Source of the DNA: Macrostomum lignano
Lineage: Eukaryota
Length of the DNA: 64,000 nt
Direction: 5' to 3'
NCBI GenBank assembly: GCA_002269645.1
Contig: NIVC01001546.1
Span: forward strand, 207,043 to 271,042
Under the pieces are notes generated by a model. It was not told the origin of the DNA and searched no databases. It saw only the letters and a program-made list of their open reading frames with translations. The translations under genes were made by a program, and so were the position numbers. This document shows positions 55,366-64,000 of the stretch, in pieces; the first letter of the stretch is position 1; the number at the start of each line of letters is the position of its first letter.

Positions 55366-57762
55366 ATGAGTTCGTCGTCGGAAAGTCTGTCCTCTGGGTC
55401 GTCGGAAAGTCTGTCCTCTGGGTCGTCGGAAAGTCTGTCCTCTGGGTCGTCATATGTCTCGATGTCGGTTGATTCAAGTACACATTCGATTGACACATCC
55501 ATGGGTGAATACAGCGATTCGAGCTCTTCCGCTGCAATTCAAGCAAACGTCGGCGAGCAACCGACTATTGCAATTCCTGCTGATGACGAGAATGAAGTGC
55601 AGGCAGCTGGTCCATCTGATATCGAGCACCCTGAAATATTTTCTGCGGATGAGGATAGTAACCTTCTTTCTGTCTTTTGTATCCAAGGTATCTCTATGGA
55701 GGTCAAATGTGCCCTTCTAATGTTGTGGATGATCTTGTCGAACGTTTCCAAGAAAGCTGTTAAAAACATGCTTCGCCTCATTTCCATTCTGTCTCCTCGC
55801 GCTGCTTTACCTACATCTTACAAAGCAATGGAAGCGGTTCTGCTTCGTTCATTCATTTTAAAACCGGACTTCGTTGTGAAAGTTTGTTTAGCGTGTCTAC
55901 TTATAAACTGTAGTGAACATCCAGTCGACTCTTTCGAGGGACTATGGCTCTTAAATGTAAACCATCAGGTGGAGCTTACAGTTGAAAGGCATTTAAATGA
56001 TATTTTATCTTACCAGCGTGAGCTAAGGCGAGGATTTCAAACTGACATTCTGAACTCTGCTGTTAGCAATGAACTAGAAACCGGCTCATCTCCTGACATT
56101 TTTCACTTGTATTTTCTTCTTTCGGCTGACGGAGCAAACTTCTTTAAAGTTTCTGAAATGTCTGTGTGGCCTTTCTGTGCACTGTGCCTCAATTTGCCTG
56201 TTAGATTACGCCAGAAGTTTGTCAACATTATCACAATCGCTTTGTTTACCAATCGAGGAAAGCCGAATTTTGAAAAGTTTTTGCCTACTATTTTAAATCG
56301 CTTGCCTTCGTGTGTAAAAGTAAGGAATGTGACGTTTTTTCTTCACTTCTCGTTTTTTACCTGCGATTTGCCCGCTTTATCTCACCTTTTTGGAATCAAG
56401 CAATTCAACGGACAATTTGCTTGTCCCAGATGCATCCTACCTGGCAAGTCTCTAAAGGTGTCAGAAAAAGGCCAAGTTCGTGTCTTCCCCGCTGTCCATG
56501 GAATTCCGCTTCGAACTAATGCCATGCATGCGCAGCATCTCACAGTTCTCAAGGCTCAAGGGCTTAAGGATTATTTTGGAATCAAACGCGAAACTGCTCT
56601 TCTCAAAATCATTCGTTTTCCAGAAAATTTCATTGTTGATTCTATGCATTGTCTCTGGGAAGGTCAAGTAAAACACATTCTAGCCTTCTTGACTGATTCT
56701 AAGACTAAAAGCTGCAATCCCAATCATTACCGTGTGCTAGGCTCAGCATCTGTCAATGTAATCGACTCTCAGATTATGCAACTGAAACTTCCCCAAGGTA
56801 TTAGCAATGTTCCTCCAATTAGTCAGCTCTCACTTTGGAAAGCGAAAACATACAAGATTTTTGCTCTGTATCTGTTTCCATCAATTCTGCTTCCACGAAT
56901 CGAAAATCCCGAACTTAGGGGCCTGCTCCTTCTTCTTAATTCTATTTATAACTTGCTGTACTCGCAAAATTCTTGTGTTTCAACTTTAAAACGTCTGTGC
57001 AATATGTTTCTTAACCTGTGTCCTGAGTTTTTTGGCGAACGTGTTATGCTTCTTAATTTTCATCTTCTCTATCATCTACCCGACCAGTATGAACGATTTG
57101 GTCCTCTGTATTGTGCATCAATGTTTCCCTTTGAGTCAGCTATGCATGGCTTTAATATGCTTCATTTTGGCAGTCGATTTCATGGAAAGCAAATTTCCGA
57201 AAAGTTTTTCTGGCTAAAAGTGCTATTGTATTCACTGCAACCTGCTGCAGGCTCCAATCCCTCAATTTCTGATGCACTCCTTGTCATCGCTAAGCACTAC
57301 TGCAATCCTCCTGAGCGCGAAAATCGAACTCTAGGCGCTTCTGGGGGTAAAATTTTAACAACCACTTCTGCGGATTGCACTTTAAAAACATGTAGTTCGT
57401 ATGTCCTGGATGTATCAAATTCATATTTTGCTATTAATCATTTTGCCGATAGCAAAATCTTTGGCTCTTTTCTGACTCCACAATGTCGTTTAATCGACTT
57501 ACTGTTCAATGCTGTTCCGGATTTTACCAATATTGGTGCTAGTGCATCTGAACAAGCAATCTTTCTTGCTTTTTTTACATCTGATGTTCCACTCCGAAAT
57601 ATGCTTATCTTTACGAGTCAGGAACCCACTCGGGAAAATTACAATTGCATACGTCTCACTGATGTGGCTGCGAGGTGCATTCGAGTCGATGTCAACTTTC
57701 CGAACTTGCCATCAGGCAGTTTTTGTCTGGTACCCCTGTTGGAAGAGTGTGAGCACGATTAG
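55366..57762 (+). CDS. CACTA/EnSpm-type transposase (Tnp2/Transposase_21-like), 798 aa, intact
   Basis: Motifs SADG..FK....SVWP....LNLP..LR, CDLPA, NGQFACPRC, DSMH...EG..K and H.L.HL.....FGPL...SMFPFES. The N-terminus has a 24-bp repeat x3 (SSESLSSG). Confidence 0.92.
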   Translation: MSSSSESLSSGSSESLSSGSSESLSSGSSYVSMSVDSSTHSIDTSMGEYSDSSSSAAIQANVGEQPTIAIPADDENEVQAAGPSDIEHPEIFSADEDSNLLSVFCIQGISMEVKCALLMLWMILSNVSKKAVKNMLRLISILSPRAALPTSYKAMEAVLLRSFILKPDFVVKVCLACLLINCSEHPVDSFEGLWLLNVNHQVELTVERHLNDILSYQRELRRGFQTDILNSAVSNELETGSSPDIFHLYFLLSADGANFFKVSEMSVWPFCALCLNLPVRLRQKFVNIITIALFTNRGKPNFEKFLPTILNRLPSCVKVRNVTFFLHFSFFTCDLPALSHLFGIKQFNGQFACPRCILPGKSLKVSEKGQVRVFPAVHGIPLRTNAMHAQHLTVLKAQGLKDYFGIKRETALLKIIRFPENFIVDSMHCLWEGQVKHILAFLTDSKTKSCNPNHYRVLGSASVNVIDSQIMQLKLPQGISNVPPISQLSLWKAKTYKIFALYLFPSILLPRIENPELRGLLLLLNSIYNLLYSQNSCVSTLKRLCNMFLNLCPEFFGERVMLLNFHLLYHLPDQYERFGPLYCASMFPFESAMHGFNMLHFGSRFHGKQISEKFFWLKVLLYSLQPAAGSNPSISDALLVIAKHYCNPPERENRTLGASGGKILTTTSADCTLKTCSSYVLDVSNSYFAINHFADSKIFGSFLTPQCRLIDLLFNAVPDFTNIGASASEQAIFLAFFTSDVPLRNMLIFTSQEPTRENYNCIRLTDVAARCIRVDVNFPNLPSGSFCLVPLLEECEHD

Positions 57763-59859
57763 CTCAGATAACTTCAAACGCGCGTCAGTTTTTCAGGGTC
57801 ATTGTCTTGTCTCGTTTTCTATTCTGTAAGTAGTCCTGGTTGTCAATGTAATCATTGCATGAAATTTTTTCTGGTACGTATTCCTGATTTATCTGCTGGG
57901 TAGCTATTGTTGTGTAGCTTTTGTCGATGTTAGCCAGCCGATGTGTGTGTGCTAGGCTTATTCTAAAAGCTCTATTGCTAGGACACAGGAAGAAAATATG
58001 ACTGGGGAATTAGACGGGACCAAGAAAGAGACACTAACTGGCAAACTTTCGGCTAGCAAACGCCGGCTGGCTAACATCGTAGACCCAGTACCATCTAGTA
58101 CTTGTACTTAAGCAAGCTTTGTTTCTTGTTAGTTTTTCTAAACTAAAAAGCCCTTTTTCACAAAACATGCGCGCCTAATGCTCAGCTATATTTATCCTAC
58201 ATGTTATGTTTTACGTTTTCTCTCATATGCCGTGCGCTTTGTTTAGATACACCTAATTCTTTGTCACATTTTTGCAGTTTTTTATGTTTAATTGCTTTTA
58301 CGTAAAACTCCGGGGACACAAATTTTTTTTTTACATTTGGCTTCTTTGTTTGGTAATAAATATTACATTTTCGGCTCACTCACTTAGTTGAGACCTGTCT
58401 TATACATAAAACTAACCAATTGTGTTATTTTGAGTGTGTCTTATTGTGTGTACATCGCCCATGGTTTGGTAAGACAAACCAGAATAGAACTAAGTACGGT
58501 TTTAATGAGCCGATTTAAACGAAGGTACGAAGTGCAATGTATTCATATATATACGAGTATATATGGCTCGCAAGATGACTAAAAATGCATTATTTCTAAT
58601 TAATTGCAACCACATTATAAATGCATTTTATATATATAGAATTTGCATTATAATGGCAATTATAATGCCATTAAGTGGCAATTATAATGCCATTAAGTGG
58701 CATTCAATGTCATTATAATGGCCAGTAAAAATGCATTATTTACCCATTATGGGTCCCTAGGGCAACGGTCCAGTAGACGATCAGAAGATCCGATTCTTCT
58801 GTCCGGCAATCGAAAAACTCGGAGATCCCTGCTTCTCAGACTGCAATCCGCATTGCTCGATGAGTTCTGACAAATGCCTACTAGCCCACCCGGTGCTGAA
58901 CAGCTCCGTCCGGTGCAAAGAGTCCAAACCGTTTCCCGGTGCCAAATTCATCGACCTGTATTTCGACAACAGTCAGGCCGAACTAGCTGGCGAATGGTAC
59001 TGCCGGTTCCAGACTGCGATCAGCTCGAAAACGTCAATTAGCAGGAGAGAAAAAAATCCACCTGCTGTCCTGGCAACTACGGCAGCTCCGCAGATCAGCG
59101 CGGCCACGAAGAAGCCGGTGCCGCAGCCGGTGCCCACCAATCCGCCGCCTGTTGTGGTGCTACCGCCAACAAGTGAGACACTCAGGCTCTGGCATAGTAC
59201 TCAAATTATCTAGGGAACATCCCTTAGTGTAATTGAAACTTTTTAAAGAATAGTGAAAACATTGCAATCTCATTTGAAACTTTCTTATCTTCACCAAAAT
59301 TGCATCTTGGTTAATCTTTCCGGTACAATATTTTATTAGTCTCGCACTTGGCGCTTGTCACTTCGCAGAATACCTGGCATACTCAGCCAGGTGGGTTGAA
59401 TAGGGTGACACTAAAATAGATAAAATAAAGCACAATTAAATAAAGAATGAAGAGAGCAGCATACTGGAGTGTCAGTGAGTGCTTGAGAGTGTAGTCACTA
59501 CAATGAGAAAAGACCCACATCGGACTATATAGATGCTCGTTGATATTACTGCCGCCTACGCACGAACCTTGCTTGTATTTTCAGTTCAATATTTTGTAGT
59601 TTGAAATGACAAATGACACAATATTTCCTTCTAATTTTCAGGGCCACCCATATCGAATGGTGGCTTGCCCGACTCGACAACAAATACTGAAGCTGTTGAT
59701 AAAACGACAAGTTACGATTCTAGGTGTAAGTGTTAATTACATAGTTGTGGTACTACATAAGACAGATGAAAAAGAGTATAATGATCAAAAAGCAAGGTAG
59801 AGAGCGTATGGAGAGGTAGAGAGATCAGAGCTCAGAGAGATACAGATCTAACAGAGAGA

Positions 59860-60968
59860 AGTAGAGAGCTCACAGAGAGAGGTAGAGGGCTCACAGAGAG
59901 GTAGAGAGCTTACAGAGAGAGGTAGAGGGCTCACAGAGAGAGAGGTAGGGAGCTCATAGAGAGAGAGCTAGGGAGCTCATAGAGAGAGAGGTAGGGAGCT
60001 CATAGAGGGAGAGGTAGAGAGCTCACAGAGAGAGAGGGGTAGAGAGCTCACAGAGAGAGAGAGAGGTAGAGAGCTCACAGAGAGAGAGAGGTAGAGAGCT
60101 CACAGAGAGAGAGAGAGGTAGAGAGCTTACAGAGAGAGGTAGAGGGCTCACAGAGAGAGGTAGAGGGCTCACAGAGAGAGGTAGAGGGCTCACACAGAGA
60201 GAGAGGTAGAGAGCTCACAAAGAGAGGTAGAGGGCTCACAGAGAGAGGTAGAGGGCTCACAGAGAGAGGTAGAGGGCTCACAGAGAGAGGTAGAGGGCTC
60301 ACAGAGAGAGAGAGGTAGAGAGCTTACAGAGAGAGAGGGTAGAGAGCTCACAGAGAGAGAGAGAGGTAGAGAGCTCACAGAGAGAGAGAGGTAGAGAGCT
60401 CACAGAGAGAGAGAGGTAGAGAGCTTACAGAGAGAGGTAGAGGGCTCACAGAGAGAGGTAGAGGGCTCACAGAGAGAGGTAGAGGGCTCACAGAGAGAGA
60501 GAGGTAGAGAGCTCACAAAGAGAGGTAGAGGGCTCACAGAGAGAGGTAGAGGGCTCACAGAGAGAGGTAGAGGGCTCACAGAGAGAGGTAGAGGGCTCAC
60601 AGAGAGAGAGAGGTAGAGAGCTTACAGAGAGAGGTAGAGGGCTCACAGAGAGAGGTAGAGGGCTCACAGAGAGAGGTAGAGGGCTCACAGAGAGAGGTAG
60701 AGGGCTCACAGAGAGAGGTAGAGGGCTCACAGAGAGAGGTAGAGGGCTCACAGAGAGAGGTAGAGGGCTCACAGAGAGAGGTAGAGGGCTCACAGAGAGA
60801 GAGGTAGAGAGCTCACAGAGAGAGGTAGAGAGCTTACAGAGAGAGGTAGAGAGCTTACAGAGAGAGGTAGAGGGCTCACAGAGAGAGGTAGAGGGCTCAC
60901 AGAGAGAGGTAGAGGGCTCACAGAGAGAGAGGTAGAGGTAGAGAGCTCACAGAGAGAGGTAGAGAGCT

Positions 60969-61050
<82 letters not shown>

Positions 61051-63265
61051 GAGAGAGGTAGAGAGCTCACAGAGAGAGAGAGGTAGAGAGCTCACAGAGA
61101 GAGAGAGAGAGAGAGAGGTAGAGAGCTCACAGAGAGAGAGAGGTAGAGAGCTCACAGAGAGAGAGAGAGGTAGAGAGCTCACAGAGAGAGAGAGAGGTAG
61201 AGAGCTCACAGAGAGAGAGAGAGGTAGAGAGCTCACAGAGAGAGACAGAGAGAGAGAGAGAGGGGTATAGAGAGCTCACAGAGGTAGAGAGCTCACAAAG
61301 AGGTAGAAAGCTCACAAAAGAGGTAGAGAGCTCATAGAGAGAGGTAGAGAGCTCACAGAGAAAGGTAGAGAGCTCATAGAGAGAGGTAGAGAGCTCACAG
61401 AGAGAGGTAGAGAGCTCATAGAGAGAGGTAGAGAGCTCACAGAGAGAGGTAGAGAGCTCATAGAGAGAGGTAGAGAGCTCACAGAGAGAGGTAGAGAGCT
61501 CATAGAGAGAGGTAGAGAGCTCACAGAGAGAGGTAGAGAGCTCACAGAGAGAGGTAGAGAGCTCACAGAGAGAGGTAGAGGGCTCACAGAGAGAGGTAGA
61601 GAGCTCACAGAGAAAGGTAGAGAGCTCACAGAGAGAGGTAGAGAGCTCACAGAGAGAGGTAGAGAGCTCACAGAGAGAGGTAGAGGGCTCACAGAGTGAG
61701 GTAGAGAGCTCATAGAGAGAGGTAGAGAGCTCACAGAGAGAGGTAGAGAGCTCACAGAGAAAGGTAGAGGGCTCACAGAGAGAGAGAGAGGTAGAGAGCT
61801 CACAGAGAGAGAGAGGTAGAGAGCTCACAGAGAGAGAGAGGTAGAGAGCTTACAGAGAGAGGTAGAGGGCTCACAGAGAGAGGTAGAGGGCTCACAGAGA
61901 GAGGTAGAGGGCTCACAGAGAGAGAGAGAGGTAGAGAGCTCACAAAGAGAGGTAGAGGGCTCACAGAGAGAGGTAGAGGGCTCACAGAGAGAGGTAGAGG
62001 GCTCACAGAGAGAGGTAGAGGGCTCACAGAGAGAGAGAGGTAGAGAGCTTACAGAGAGAGGTAGAGGGCTCACAGAGAGAGGTAGAGGGCTCACAGAGAG
62101 AGGTAGAGGGCTCACAGAGAGAGGTAGAGGGCTCACAGAGAGAGGTAGAGGGCTCACAGAGAGAGGTAGAGGGCTCACAGAGAGAGGTAGAGGGCTCACA
62201 GAGAGAGGTAGAGGGCTCACAGAGAGAGAGGTAGAGAGCTCACAGAGAGAGGTAGAGAGCTTACAGAGAGAGGTAGAGAGCTTACAGAGAGAGGTAGAGG
62301 GCTCACAGAGAGAGGTAGAGGGCTCACAGAGAAAGGTAGAGGGCTCACAGAGAGAGAGGTAGAGGTAGAGAGCTCACAGAGAGAGGTAGAGAGCTCACAG
62401 AGAGAGAGAGAGAGAGAGAGGTAGAGAGCTCACAGAGAGAGAGAGGTAGAGAGCTCACAGAGAGAGAGAGAGGTAGAGAGCTCACAGAGAGAGAGAGAGG
62501 TAGAGAGCTCACAGAGAGAGAGAGAGAGGTAGAGAGCTCACAGAGAGAGACAGAGAGAGAGAGAGAGGGGTATAGAGAGCTCACAGAGGTAGAGAGCTCA
62601 CAAAGAGGTAGAAAGCTCACAAAAGAGGTAGAGAGCTCATAGAGAGAGGTAGAAAGCTCACAGAGAAAGGTAGAGAGCTCATAGAGAGAGGTAGAGAGCT
62701 CACAGAGAGAGGTAGAGAGCTCATAGAGAGAGGTAGAGAGCTCACAGAGAGAGGTAGAGAACTCATAGAGAGAGGTAGAGAGCTCACAGAGAGAGGTAGA
62801 GAGCTCATAGAGAGAGGTAGAGAGCTCACAGAGAGAGGTAGAGAGCTCACAGAGAGAGGTAGAGAGCTCACAGAGAGAGGTAGAGGGCTCACAGAGAGAG
62901 GTAGAGAGCTCACAGAGAAAGGTAGAGAGCTCACAGAGAGAGGTAGAGAGCTCACAGAGAGAGGTAGAGAGCTCACAGAGAGAGTAGAGGGCTCACAGAG
63001 AGAGGTAGAGAGCTCATAGAGAGAGGTAGAGAGCTCACAGAGAGAGGTAGAGAGCTCACAGAGAAAGGTAGAGGGCTCACAGAGAGAGGTAGAGAGCTCA
63101 TAGAGAGAGGTAGAGAGCTCATAGAGAGAGGTAGAGAGCTCACAGAGAGAGGTAGAGAGCTCACAGAGAAAGGTAGAGGGCTCACAGAGAGAGGTAGAGA
63201 GCTCACAGAGAAAGGTAGAGAGCTCACAGAGAGAGGTAGAGAGCTCACAGAGAGAGGTAGAGAGC
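59860..63265. repeat. GA-rich minisatellite, about 21-bp unit AGAGAGAGGTAGAG(A/G)GCTCAC, about 3.4 kb, intron 2 of the Ig-like gene
   Basis: Directly visible, with variable (GA)n spacers. Confidence 0.97.
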
Positions 63266-63275
63266 ATACATATCA

Positions 63276-63791
<516 letters not shown>

Positions 63792-64000
63792 TTAGTCCGC
63801 AGACTCCTGAGCACATGCAAGCGCGCCGATACTGTGCGCAGGCACACGCGCTCAAACACACCCTCCCATGGGGTGTTCAGCGGCCCTTTGACTTTCTAAT
63901 AGTCAGACAGGTACACTCTCTGCTGCCCTCGAGGGTTGGCCTCCATAGGTGTGAATTCCACATCAACAGTCAAGCGAATTTTGTTCACAAGTCCCAAATA

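Larger units (their letters stand above)
50081..58762 (+). mobile_element. CACTA/EnSpm (CMC superfamily) DNA transposon, 8,682 bp, apparently autonomous
   Basis: 35-bp TIRs starting CCCTAGGGACCCA (first 13 perfect, 32/35 overall). 2-bp TSD CA at 50079-80 and 58763-64. Subterminal ATGCATT repeats at both ends. Encodes a transposase and a second gene. Confidence 0.93.

Noticed and set aside
58197-58379. Lys-rich 60-aa minus ORF as a third CACTA gene
   Set aside because: GTG start, AT-rich sequence, and no convincing partner exons or motifs.

Overview
Eukaryotic, intron-containing and repeat-rich DNA: about 18 kb of the 64 kb is micro- or minisatellite. The style (GC-rich low-complexity exons, AT-rich spacers, many unrelated minisatellites) suggests an invertebrate, possibly a Macrostomum-like flatworm; this is inference only. 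Host genes were built by hand from GT-AG boundaries and consistent phases. Minus strand: a 4-exon cyclin L (about 536 aa, C-terminal RS domain), an intronless LSM6, and a 3-exon gene for an approximately 550-aa disordered protein with many RRxS sites. Plus strand: a signal peptide / Cys-rich Ig-like / Pro-Thr stalk / TM gene whose second exon is split by an 8,682-bp CACTA (EnSpm/CMC) transposon. That element has 35-bp TIRs, a 2-bp CA TSD, an intact 798-aa transposase and a 5-exon accessory gene with a BEN-like C-terminus. Intron 1 of the accessory gene carries a decayed DD34D mariner. The left part of the window holds a head-to-tail duplication (7.8 kb + 5.9 kb) containing a long-TIR element with a transposase-like HTH. 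Leading hypotheses: (1) a recent CACTA knockout of a novel Ig-like receptor, with the mariner carried as cargo; (2) a stop-creating poison exon in cyclin L intron 3; (3) a possible cyclin L-LSM6 operon resolved by trans-splicing. No database searches were run, so all family calls rest on motif recognition.
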